In this document: piece after piece, positions 27,301 through 35,321 of the stretch
Numbering within the stretch: position 1 is the stretch's first letter
Layout of the letters: each line of letters begins with the position of its first letter
NCBI GenBank assembly: GCA_964514965.1
Contig: CAZETV010000001.1
Coordinates: 30,756-94,755, forward strand
DNA: 64,000 nt
Reading direction: 5' to 3'
DNA from: Candidatus Hadarchaeota archaeon
GTDB taxonomy: Archaea > Hadarchaeota > Hadarchaeia > Hadarchaeales > Hadarchaeaceae
Notes under the pieces: model-generated
Database searches by the model: none
What the model saw: only the letters and a program-made list of their open reading frames with translations
What the model was told of the DNA's origin: nothing
Made by a program: the position numbers and the translations under genes

Positions 27301-27689
27301 CTTTCGAGTTCTACAGCTCTGTTTACACCTGCCAAGACGAGTTCCAGCGCTTTTTTCGTAGCTTCTTCTTTTTCTTCATGAACCCAAGAGCATTGCTCTC
27401 TTATATTCACCATCTCGAAGCAGTAAGGATTCAGCCCCGCTTCTTCGACAGCGCTGCGAAAAGTAGGCTCATGCATCCTGGGCGAACAAGATGCTACTAC
27501 TATTCTGTCTAACTTCTCCCTGCGGATATCATCTTTGATTAATTGCTGGCCGGGTTCTGAGCACATGTATTCGTAGTGTTTGGAGACCTTCACTCTTGGA
27601 TGCTTTCCTATGGTATCCGCGACTTTTTCGACATCCACTGTCTTCGCAATGTTGGTTCCGCAATGACAGATATAGACGCCGATTTTCAT
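24342..27689 (-). CDS. hdrA: HdrA-like flavoprotein with embedded GltD/NfnB-like NAD(P)H oxidoreductase module (HdrL-type giant HdrA), 1115 aa
   Basis: N-terminal HdrA domain (GVYICHCGTNIA, VIGGGIAGMQAAL), then about 430 aa with GltD-type 2x[4Fe-4S] (CKDACPAG ... CGRVCHRPCEKAC) and two Rossmann motifs (VAIVGGGPAGLTAAHDL; IIVVGGGNAALDTARSA), then the rest of HdrA including the inserted and C-terminal ferredoxin domains. One continuous ORF, 4-bp overlaps on both sides. Confidence 0.8.
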   Translation of the reverse strand: MKIGVYICHCGTNIAKTVDVEKVADTIGKHPRVKVSKHYEYMCSEPGQQLIKDDIRREKLDRIVVASCSPRMHEPTFRSAVEEAGLNPYCFEMVNIREQCSWVHEEKEEATKKALELVLAGVNRAVELESLERNEISVIPQAAVIGGGIAGMQAALDIADRGFKVYLVERSPSIGGRMAQLDKTFPTLDCSACILTPKMVDVKWHPNIELLTYSEIENIEGYVGNFKLKVRKKPRYVDPEKCTGCGECTEVCSVKLPNEFDFGLSSRKSIYIPFPQAVPPKYTIDKRGLQPCKDACPAGVGAPGYVMLTSRGKFYEALQVIKEKLPFPSICGRVCHRPCEKACTRKDIDEPVSIAHIKRFVGDLELKSPTTESSPIKKRTETVAIVGGGPAGLTAAHDLAMKGYPVTIYESAPVLGGMMRFGVPTFRLPREILEREISDILALGVKVHLNSAIGKNLTIKNLFDSGYKAIFLAVGAQKGRKMDILGEKLGGVFQATEFLKELNLGKTPKLGDKIIVVGGGNAALDTARSALRLGAKEVIIMYRRSRVEMPAEPEWEIDETEHEGVKLVYLTTPTKIIGENEHIKAIECIKMELTEPDETGRRKVRPIPGSEFMMEADSLILAIGQEVDLSFLTKDINLECTPWGTVKIDPISLATNIEAVFCGGDAVLGAGTVIEAIAAGKEAAISIDRYINEKDLKDGRGIKPKIAEVSVEDVKNERKVPMRYLPIEERKNNFREVELGYTEEEAIKEAKRCLQCGGCSECLECEKACEAKAIVHNQKEESIELDVGAIVVTTGFDQFDPSKLPEYGYGKYPEVITGLEFERLSSASGPTNGKIEINGKEPKRVAFISCVGSRKKETNSYCSRVCCMYTAKHAHLIKEKIPDAEVTVYYTDVRAFGKGYEEFYDRVKDEGVKYKRRELDDEIRVSKKNDKLVVEAKPHEPEEVDLVVLASAIVPSHGASELAKILNINQGSDGFFLEAHPKLRPVDTFSDGIFLAGCAQSPKDIPDTVSQASASAAEVCSLLTKGKVMAEGIVASVDENLCTGCGFCAEVCPTNVIELKTVEKKGAISKLAKVNEALCKGCGICSAACPSGAIQQRHFEDKQVLPLIDVLGEQS
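24877..25274. repeat. 398-bp tract 100% identical to 28197..28594 (within the two hdrA paralogs); similarity extends over about 24650..25290
   Basis: Base-by-base comparison at a constant offset of 3320 bp. Identity is perfect across 24877..25274 and about 85-90% identity in the flanks. Confidence 0.9.
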
Positions 27690-29644
27690 GATATCAGACC
27701 TGCCAATTGAGCGAAGAGTTGAACGTCCGTGTAATGTTTCATAGAGATAGCCTTAGACGGACAAGCGGCTACACAAACCCCGCAACCCTTGCAAAGCACT
27801 TCGTTGAGTTTTACTGAGCGTTTTTCGCTGTTATATTCAAAGGCATTAAACTCACAAAGGTGTTCACACACTCTGCAACCGCTACATAGATCCTCATCCA
27901 CAATTGCTACTATCGGCTCTATCGCGACTTTTCCAGCTGCCAGGGGTATAGATGCTTTAGCACCTGCACCGCTTGCTTGTGCTACTGTGTCGGGGATGTC
28001 TTTGGGCGATTGGGCGCAGCCGGCAAGGAAGATCCCGTCGCTAAAGGTATCGACAGGCCTAAGCTTTGGGTGGGCCTCGAGGAAGAAGCCATCCGAACCG
28101 CGGGTAATGTTCAAAATTCTGGCGAGTTCTAAGACTCCGGAGTTTGGAACTATTGCATTCGCCAGCACAACGAGGTCTACTTCTTCGGGCTCGTGGGGCT
28201 TTGCTTCCACAACGAGTTTGTCATTTTTTTTGCTGACCCTTATCTCGTCGTCCAGCTCCCTGCGCTTGTACTTCACTCCTTCGTCCTTGACCCGGTCGTA
28301 GAACTCCTCGTACCCTTTACCAAAAGCCCTGACATCTGTGTAGTATACAGTCACTTCAGCATCCGGAATTTTTTCCTTAATGAGGTGAGCATGCTTGGCC
28401 GTGTACATGCAGCATACGCGCGAGCAATATGAGTTCGTCTCTTTTTTCCTGCTTCCAACACAGGAGATGAATGCTACTCGCTTCGGCTCCTTACCGTTTA
28501 TTTCAATTTTTCCGTTGGTCGGGCCGGAAGCCGAACTAAGCCTCTCGAACTCAAGCCCAGTTATCACCTCTGGATATTTCCCGTAACCATACTCAGGCAA
28601 CTGAGATGGATCAAACAAGTCAAAGCCTGTGGCGACCACTATCGAGCCTACTTCAAGTTCAATCGAATTTTCTTGTTGTTCAAAATCGATAGCGTTGCGG
28701 GAACACGCAGCTTTGCAAGCGGGGCTTTTCCCACATACCCCTCTCGTAAGGTATAGGCAATGCTTAGGGTCTATCAAGTATTTCATAGGCACGGCCTGCG
28801 GAAATGGTATGTATGCTGCTCCTCTCTTCCCTAAACCCAAATCGAATTCATTTGGAAGCTTCCCATTCAGTAAGCAAGCTTTGGCGCATTCTCCGCAACC
28901 GATGCACTTTTCCTCATCGACATACCTCGGTTTTTTCTTAACCTTTACCTTGAAATTTCCGATGTAGCCTTCAATTCGTTCGACCTCCGAATAACTCAAG
29001 AGTTCTATATTTGGCTGTCTGTTCACGTCCACCATCTTGGGGGTTAAAATGCACGCAGAACAATCTAAGGTTGGAAAGGTTTTGTCGAGTTGAGCCATTT
29101 TTCCTCCGATGGATGGTGAGCGCTCCACGAGGTACGTGTATATTCCATTTTCTGCTATCTCCAACGCCGCTTGAATCCCGGCAATTCCTCCTCCAATCAC
29201 CAAAGCTTTCGGTATTACATCTACTTCTCTCCTCTCTAGCGGCTGAAGTTCGGTAGCTCGTGCCACAGCGCCTGCAATCAATTTCTTGGCCTTTTCAGTG
29301 GCTCTTTCTTTATCTTCATGAACCCAAGAGCACTGTTCTCTTATATTTGCCATCTCGAAGCAGTAGGGGTTGAGGTTCTTGTGTTCTACGACCTTTCTAA
29401 AAGTGGGTTCGTGCATTCTTGGAGAACAGCTCGCCACGACTACACGATCAAGTCCGGCTTCGTCTATATCCTTCTTGATTAATTCTTGTCCTGGGTCAGA
29501 GCACATGTACTTATAGTCCCTAGCAATCACCACGTTTGGCAAAGACTTGGCATATTTCACCACTTCTTCAACATCAACGGTAGCCGCTATATTTAAGCCG
29601 CAATGGCAAATGTACACGCCCGTTTTCACTTCCTTATCCCCCAT
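27686..29644 (-). CDS. hdrA: heterodisulfide reductase subunit A (canonical length, 652 aa)
   Basis: N-terminal GVYICHCGLNIA and FAD-binding VIGGGIAGIQAALEIAENG, the HdrA four-Cys insertion, C-terminal ferredoxin motifs CSGCRVCEHLC and CKGCGVCVAACP. No in-frame TGA. Confidence 0.9.
   Translation of the reverse strand: MGDKEVKTGVYICHCGLNIAATVDVEEVVKYAKSLPNVVIARDYKYMCSDPGQELIKKDIDEAGLDRVVVASCSPRMHEPTFRKVVEHKNLNPYCFEMANIREQCSWVHEDKERATEKAKKLIAGAVARATELQPLERREVDVIPKALVIGGGIAGIQAALEIAENGIYTYLVERSPSIGGKMAQLDKTFPTLDCSACILTPKMVDVNRQPNIELLSYSEVERIEGYIGNFKVKVKKKPRYVDEEKCIGCGECAKACLLNGKLPNEFDLGLGKRGAAYIPFPQAVPMKYLIDPKHCLYLTRGVCGKSPACKAACSRNAIDFEQQENSIELEVGSIVVATGFDLFDPSQLPEYGYGKYPEVITGLEFERLSSASGPTNGKIEINGKEPKRVAFISCVGSRKKETNSYCSRVCCMYTAKHAHLIKEKIPDAEVTVYYTDVRAFGKGYEEFYDRVKDEGVKYKRRELDDEIRVSKKNDKLVVEAKPHEPEEVDLVVLANAIVPNSGVLELARILNITRGSDGFFLEAHPKLRPVDTFSDGIFLAGCAQSPKDIPDTVAQASGAGAKASIPLAAGKVAIEPIVAIVDEDLCSGCRVCEHLCEFNAFEYNSEKRSVKLNEVLCKGCGVCVAACPSKAISMKHYTDVQLFAQLAGLIS
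28197..28594. repeat. 398-bp tract 100% identical to 24877..25274
   Basis: See partner feature. Confidence 0.9.
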
Positions 29645-29742
29645 GAAATCACGCCAGCAGTGAATTTGGCCTAGGTTTAATCTTTTTATCTATTACCATC
29701 ATGGTTTAAAAGTCGTCCTGACTAAAAGGTTGAGGTGGCCGG

Positions 29743-30735
29743 TTGAGAAAAATGAAGAGTGAAGAACCAAAAAAGTTGAAATTTGCTTTCTACTGGGCTG
29801 GCAGTTGTGGGGGCTGTGAGATTGCTGTTCTAGATATAAACGAGAAGATTCTGGATGTGGTTGCCATTGCTGAGGTAATCTTTTGGCCTGTCGCCATGGA
29901 TATCAAGTATAAAGACGTAGACGCGATGCCGGACAAGAGCATAGACGTCTGTTTCTTTAATGGTTCGGTCAGGACAGAGGAGCAAGAACACATGGCCAAA
30001 CTTCTGAGGCGGAAGTCAAAGTTTTTGATAGCATTTGGCACCTGTGCTCAGCTAGGTGGCATTCCAGGTCTTGCGAACATTTCGAATAAAAAAGAGATTT
30101 TCGAGAAGGTATACGTTCAAACTCCATCGACAAAAAATTCTAAAGCTGCGATACCTAAAACTGCTGTTAAAGTCGAATGCGGGGAACTAACTCTGCCAGA
30201 GTTTTATGATACTGTGAAGACACTAGATCAAACCGTGGAAGTGGACTACTATATCCCAGGTTGTCCTCCGCACCCAAACTTGATATTGAAAGCCGTGGAA
30301 GCCATAGCCAAAAATGAGTTACCCGCTAAAGGTTCGGTATTGGCCCCCGAGAAGTCGGTTTGCGATGAATGTCAGAGGGAAAAGAAAGAAAAGGTTATCT
30401 CCAGATTATACAGGATGCACGAAATCAAACCAGATCCGGAGAAATGTTTTTTGGAGCAGGGGGTGGTGTGCATTGGGCCCGCAACCCGTGGTGGATGCGA
30501 GGCGCGGTGTATCAATGCGAATATGCCTTGTACGGGGTGCGGTGGTCCATGCCCCAATGAAATCGAGCAAGGGGCGTCCATGATAAGTGCCATTTCTTCG
30601 ATTCTCGGGTTGGATGAGGAAAAAGGAGAAACATATGACGCTGAAAAATTAATCAACCAAATAAAAGACCCCTTGGGGACTTTTTACCGGTACTCCCTGC
30701 CAGCTGCTCTCATCCGAAGGAGGGTTCAGAAATGA
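29743..30735 (+). CDS. mvhG: [NiFe] hydrogenase small subunit, F420-non-reducing type (MvhG)
   Basis: N-terminal YWAGSCGGCEIAVLD, proximal and distal cluster Cys (CxxC ... GCPP ... CTGCGGPCP), approximately 330 aa. Confidence 0.85.
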   Translation: MRKMKSEEPKKLKFAFYWAGSCGGCEIAVLDINEKILDVVAIAEVIFWPVAMDIKYKDVDAMPDKSIDVCFFNGSVRTEEQEHMAKLLRRKSKFLIAFGTCAQLGGIPGLANISNKKEIFEKVYVQTPSTKNSKAAIPKTAVKVECGELTLPEFYDTVKTLDQTVEVDYYIPGCPPHPNLILKAVEAIAKNELPAKGSVLAPEKSVCDECQREKKEKVISRLYRMHEIKPDPEKCFLEQGVVCIGPATRGGCEARCINANMPCTGCGGPCPNEIEQGASMISAISSILGLDEEKGETYDAEKLINQIKDPLGTFYRYSLPAALIRRRVQK

Positions 30736-32219
30736 GCGAATTTAAGGAGATAAGCATAGAGCCCGTCACGAGGCTTGAGGGTCACGCAAAGATAGTGATA
30801 TTTCAAGATGAGAAAGGGGAAGTGAAAAACGCCTATTTACAACTCCCTGAACTCAGGGGCTTTGAGAGATTCTGTGAGGGGAGAAAAGCTGAAGACCTCC
30901 CACAGCTGCTCTCGAGAATTTGCGGAGTATGTCCCGTTGCCCATCATCTCGCTTCCACGAAAGCTTTGGATGCGGCGTTTCGTGTGGACCCCCCTTCAGC
31001 TGCGAAAAAACTTCGGGAACTCATGTACAGCGGCTATTTCATGTACGATCACATTCTTAATTTTTATTTCCTAGCTGCGCCGGACTTCGTCGTGGGGCCT
31101 GATGCTCCACCTCAAGAAAGAAACATTTTCGGCGTGATCAAGAAGGTCGGCTTAGACGTGGCCAAGGAAGTAATCAAGCATCGGGCTTACGGCCAAAAAA
31201 TTACCGAGATAATAGGTGGAAAGGCAACCCATCCGGTTTGTGGACTTCCGGGTGGCATATCCAAGCCGCTGACGGAAGAAGAAAGAAAGGAAATAGAAAA
31301 GATGGCGGAGGCCGGGCTTGAATTCGCCAAGTTCAGCTTGAAGTTATTTGACGATGTTGTATTGAAAAATAAGAAATACGTTGACCTGATTATGAGCGAC
31401 GCTTACACTTTAAAAACATATTACATGGGTCTAGTGGACCGAAACAACAAGGTCAATTTTTACGATGGCAAAATACGTGTGGTTAATCCCGGGGGTCAAG
31501 AGTTCGTGAAGTTTAACCCATCCGAATACTTGGACATCATCGAGGAGCATGTTGAGGAATGGAGCTATGTAAAACTACCTTATCTCAAAAAAATCGGATG
31601 GAAAGGCTTGAGGGATGGACATAGCAGCGGGATTTACAGAGTTGGTGCATTGGCCAGACTAAATGCCGCAGATGGCATGGCGACTCCCCTAGCCCAGCAA
31701 GAGTACGAGAGGATGTATGAAACCCTAGGCGGGAAGCCCGTGCACTCAACTCTCGCGTTTCACTGGGCTAGACTGATAGAAATAATTTATGCGGCCGAAA
31801 GATGCCTAGAGCTCAGTCGAGATGAAGAGATAACGAGCAAGGAAATTCGAAACGAGCCAAATACCCCGGGAGAAGGAATCGGAATAGTCGAAGCTGCGAG
31901 AGGTACATTGATCCATCATTACAATCTTAACAAAGAGGGCCTAACCGAAAAAGTAAATTTGATAGTCCCTACGACCAACAACAATCCATCCATCTGCATG
32001 TCCGTGAGGGATGCAGCGAAGGGGCTCATCCATGGTAAAGAAGTTAGCGAGGGGTTGCTGAACATGGTGGAGATGGCTTTGAGAGCTTATGACCCATGTA
32101 TCGCATGCGCTTCCCACTGCCACATAGGCGATTTGCCCCTTGAAATAAAAATACACGATAATAATCGGAGTTTGATAAAAACCGTTGTGAGAGAACCTCT
32201 TGGCTTTAAACACTTTTAG
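30732..32219 (+). CDS. mvhA: [NiFe] hydrogenase large subunit (MvhA)
   Basis: N-terminal RLEGHAKIVI and RICGVCPVAHH (RxCGxCxxxH) with C-terminal DPCIACASHCH Ni-binding motif followed by a cleavable tail. Overlaps mvhG by 4 bp. Confidence 0.9.
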   Translation: MSEFKEISIEPVTRLEGHAKIVIFQDEKGEVKNAYLQLPELRGFERFCEGRKAEDLPQLLSRICGVCPVAHHLASTKALDAAFRVDPPSAAKKLRELMYSGYFMYDHILNFYFLAAPDFVVGPDAPPQERNIFGVIKKVGLDVAKEVIKHRAYGQKITEIIGGKATHPVCGLPGGISKPLTEEERKEIEKMAEAGLEFAKFSLKLFDDVVLKNKKYVDLIMSDAYTLKTYYMGLVDRNNKVNFYDGKIRVVNPGGQEFVKFNPSEYLDIIEEHVEEWSYVKLPYLKKIGWKGLRDGHSSGIYRVGALARLNAADGMATPLAQQEYERMYETLGGKPVHSTLAFHWARLIEIIYAAERCLELSRDEEITSKEIRNEPNTPGEGIGIVEAARGTLIHHYNLNKEGLTEKVNLIVPTTNNNPSICMSVRDAAKGLIHGKEVSEGLLNMVEMALRAYDPCIACASHCHIGDLPLEIKIHDNNRSLIKTVVREPLGFKHF

Positions 32220-32272
32220 AGATATCTTTTCGTGTCGCATAAGTTAGCAAACTATCGCAACGGGTAAGTCAA

Positions 32273-32770
32273 ATGGAAAAATGTGCGATTCAAAATAATT
32301 TCAACGAGAAGCTCAAGAAGTGGCTTCTAGATGCCCGAAGGGTTGTTATCGCAGGTATTGGAAGCTCGATTCGAAAAGATGATTTCATAGGGGTCGGGGT
32401 CGTAGAAAAACTACGGGGGAAAGTTTCACGATCGGTTCATTTAATAGTGTGTGGAATGTCTCCTGAGAATTTTTTAGAACCGATTATTCACTTTAAGCCA
32501 ACCCACGTACTATTTGTCAACGCGGCTCAACTAGGCTTAAAACCTGGTTCTTCAAGGTTGATTGAACTAAATCAGATTTCGTGGCCAGCGGTATTGACTC
32601 ATGCTCTAACTCATCAGATATTTCGAGAATTTCTAACAGAGGCAACTGGTGCTAAGGTCGCTCTGCTCGCCGTGCAACCAAAGGACACGAGTTTTGGAGA
32701 AGGTTTTACAAAAGAATTGGAAGAAACTGTCGAGCGTTTATCAAGTTTTTTGTTGAGGGTTTTACCCTGA
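32273..32770 (+). CDS. hydrogenase maturation endopeptidase (HycI/FrhD-like)
   Basis: 165 aa with GIGSSIRKDDFIGVGVVEKL and a downstream His, typical of hydrogenase maturation proteases. Sits directly after mvhA. Confidence 0.75.
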   Translation: MEKCAIQNNFNEKLKKWLLDARRVVIAGIGSSIRKDDFIGVGVVEKLRGKVSRSVHLIVCGMSPENFLEPIIHFKPTHVLFVNAAQLGLKPGSSRLIELNQISWPAVLTHALTHQIFREFLTEATGAKVALLAVQPKDTSFGEGFTKELEETVERLSSFLLRVLP

Positions 32771-32807
32771 AATGGATAATGTACGATACTTTTGAACTTT
32801 AGGTTGC

Positions 32808-33269
32808 TTAACTACCCGAAACTAGTGGCTTTGGAATTTGGGCCGATACTTTACAAGGCCCCAACTTTGTAATTTCATTAACAACTTCCGTAACAATTTT
32901 AACAAATCGTTCGGCTTCTCCAGCTGATACTGTCTCGAACCTGAGCCGCTCCGGTTCTATCCCCAACTGCACTAGTATTCGTTTGAGCAGTTCAACTCTT
33001 CGCTGAGCTTTGTAGTTTCCAGAGACGAAATGACAGTCTCCGAAGTGGCATCCAGCGACCAAAACCCCGTCCGCACCTCGTTTAAAAGTTTCTAGAATGT
33101 AAACAGGGTCTAGCCGCCCAGTGCACATCAGCCTGATGATGCGGACGTTGGGCGGATAATGCATGCGGCTCGTTCCAGCGAGGTCAGCCGCAGCGTAGGA
33201 GCAGAAATTGCAAAGAAAGACGATGATTTTTGGTTCAAATTCAACCATGTTATCTACCTTTAATATCAC
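32808..33269 (-). CDS. mvhD: second MvhD-type subunit
   Basis: FLCNFCSYAAADLAGTSR ... CTGRLDP ... GADGVLVAGCHFGDCHF. It sits 43 bp downstream of sufBD on the same strand. Confidence 0.85.
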   Translation of the reverse strand: MILKVDNMVEFEPKIIVFLCNFCSYAAADLAGTSRMHYPPNVRIIRLMCTGRLDPVYILETFKRGADGVLVAGCHFGDCHFVSGNYKAQRRVELLKRILVQLGIEPERLRFETVSAGEAERFVKIVTEVVNEITKLGPCKVSAQIPKPLVSGS

Positions 33270-33312
33270 TAGTGTACTTAAAAATTTTAATTCTTATATT
33301 TTTCACCCCACC

Positions 33313-34533
33313 TTACAAGGCTTCACCGAGAGTTACATCGACCATCCGCTTGATATCCCTTTTCAAGGCGTCTGGAAGTCCAAAAATGTCAATATCCATG
33401 AATCCCCGAATAATCAGTGATTCTGCATCAGACTCCGAAAAACCCCTCGCAGTCAAGTATTGGACTTGCTCTTCCGCTATCTTCCCTACGGCGGCTTCAT
33501 GCGAAAGTTCGGTCCCCTTCACTTTCCCCGCCAGCTCTGGAATTGCGTGTATAAATGCTTCGTCAGAGAGCAAGAGACCCCTGCATTCTAGGTGCGCCTT
33601 ACTGTCTCGGTGCTCTCCAACCAAGAGTCCACGGGCATTTATCTGCGCATTGTCCGAGGCTATCGCCCGCGCGATGACTTCTCCTTTGCTCCCTTTGCCT
33701 TGAAGAACCGCTTTCGAGCCTACATCCAAATAGGAGTTCTGCCTCCCGTGTAGAATTGTGTTGAACCTGACCCTAGAGTTAGACCCCTTACAGTAAGCAA
33801 CTGGGTACATTTGAATACTTTTCACCGGTTTCATGCACAGGTAATTGTTAATAAACGTTGCATCGTCGTCTAAGAGGGCCGCAGTTCGAGGTCGGACGTC
33901 AAAATTTTGGGCCCAGTTATGAATCATGGTGAAAGTGAGCTTCGCGTTTTTCTTCACATAAAATTCGGAGATGCCCACATGCAGACCACTTTGAACGTTT
34001 GGGTGGGTCGTGCAGCCAGTTATTATTTGGGCCTCAGAGTGGGGTTCTGCGATTATCAAGTTATGAACGTTTTGGTTAAAATTGTCTTTTGAGATGAAAA
34101 TGCATGCTTGTAGAGGGAGCGTGATTTTTTGCCCCTCAAGTATTCGGATGAAATAGCCCTGATCCCACTTTAACTTGGCCAAAGTGGTGAATTTGTCGGT
34201 GCTTGGGTCAACAATTTTCCACCAATACTCCTTGGCCCAGCGGTATTTTTTGAGTGCTTCTTTAGTGCTCATTATTTCGGCTTTTCCCCTGAAAGTTTTT
34301 TGGATTGCTTGAAGAACCGCAGAATGATCTATTTGAAAATATGTGCCTGCTCGTTCCTTTTCCCTGGTAATGCCAACGCTTAGGGCTCTTTGGGTGATAT
34401 TTTCTGGTAGCGTCGAAATAGTACATGAGGGCCAAGGTGAAGTTTCTCTTTTGAAAGTTTCTACATCTAAGTCGGGCCCAAAAGCCGCTGGTTTTCTGAT
34501 TGTACTCAACGTAGTCTTTTTACCTTTGGGCAT
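33313..34533 (-). CDS. sufB: Fe-S cluster assembly scaffold SufB/SufD-family protein
   Basis: 406 aa SufBD beta-helix family. Overlaps sufC upstream. Confidence 0.8.
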   Translation of the reverse strand: MPKGKKTTLSTIRKPAAFGPDLDVETFKRETSPWPSCTISTLPENITQRALSVGITREKERAGTYFQIDHSAVLQAIQKTFRGKAEIMSTKEALKKYRWAKEYWWKIVDPSTDKFTTLAKLKWDQGYFIRILEGQKITLPLQACIFISKDNFNQNVHNLIIAEPHSEAQIITGCTTHPNVQSGLHVGISEFYVKKNAKLTFTMIHNWAQNFDVRPRTAALLDDDATFINNYLCMKPVKSIQMYPVAYCKGSNSRVRFNTILHGRQNSYLDVGSKAVLQGKGSKGEVIARAIASDNAQINARGLLVGEHRDSKAHLECRGLLLSDEAFIHAIPELAGKVKGTELSHEAAVGKIAEEQVQYLTARGFSESDAESLIIRGFMDIDIFGLPDALKRDIKRMVDVTLGEAL

Positions 34534-35231
34534 CGCTCACACCACTTGTATCCTCTTTTCATGACCCGGTTGATAATATTGGTCGGTTTTCCAGAGCAGG
34601 CAATCATTCCATAAAACATCACATGGGCTTTGTCCACTTTTAAGTAGCGCAGGATGTGGCCGAGATGGGTTATCAAAAGGCCAGATCGCTTTTTGAGGAG
34701 CTCGTTGATCGCCTTGCCTATAACCTCTAGATTCTCAACATCTACTCCTGAGTCAGGCTCGTCGAATATCGCAAAATCTGGTCGTTGTGCGAGCAATTGC
34801 AAAATCTCCGTCCGCTTGAGCTCACCTCCGGAGAAGCCCAAATTCAAATCTCTGCCGAAAAAATCCATAGGAATGTTTGTGGTGCCTGCTAGCTTTACTT
34901 CATCGACTTTTCCCTTGGTGAGGTATCGCAAAACATCACCCAGTTTGACACCTCTTATCTGTGGGGGGGTTTGAAAGGCCACTCCAATGCCTAGCTTCAC
35001 GCGCTCATCCGTTGACATGGTGGTGATGTCGGTGCCGTTGAATCGAATCTTGCCCGATAGAACGCGGCAGTTCGGGAAGCCCAAAATTGACGTTATCAGC
35101 GAGGTCTTTCCTGATCCGTTGGGGCCGAGCAAGACGTGGGTCTCCCCCTTGGGTATCTCTAGGTTAACCCCTTCGAGCACCCGTTTTCCCGCGATTTCTA
35201 CAGTTAGATTCTCTATCTTTAGCATCTTCAA
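34506..35231 (-). CDS. sufC: Fe-S cluster assembly ATPase SufC
   Basis: ABC ATPase with Walker A GPNGSGKTS, signature LNLGFSGGELKR, and Walker B FAIFDEPDSG. Confidence 0.9.
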   Translation of the reverse strand: MKMLKIENLTVEIAGKRVLEGVNLEIPKGETHVLLGPNGSGKTSLITSILGFPNCRVLSGKIRFNGTDITTMSTDERVKLGIGVAFQTPPQIRGVKLGDVLRYLTKGKVDEVKLAGTTNIPMDFFGRDLNLGFSGGELKRTEILQLLAQRPDFAIFDEPDSGVDVENLEVIGKAINELLKKRSGLLITHLGHILRYLKVDKAHVMFYGMIACSGKPTNIINRVMKRGYKWCERCPKVKRLR

Positions 35232-35321
35232 GTTTTCAACCCCATTTTAATACTCTTCGGGACGACCTAAAAGTTTCCCAACAAGGCACATTTATTAATC
35301 TTCATGATTTAAGGTGCAGTT

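Noticed and set aside
24409-28432. Many 60-170-aa plus-strand ORFs inside the hdrA genes, including identical pairs (24873..25112 = 28193..28432 and 25075..25266 = 28395..28586)
   Set aside because: Antisense shadow ORFs of the two hdrA genes. The identical pairs simply reflect the 398-bp identical tract.
21148-32219. Selenocysteine (in-frame TGA) in Hdr/Mvh/FrhB-like genes
   Set aside because: All these genes are continuous ORFs with Cys at the expected positions. No in-frame TGA and no SECIS-like requirement are evident.
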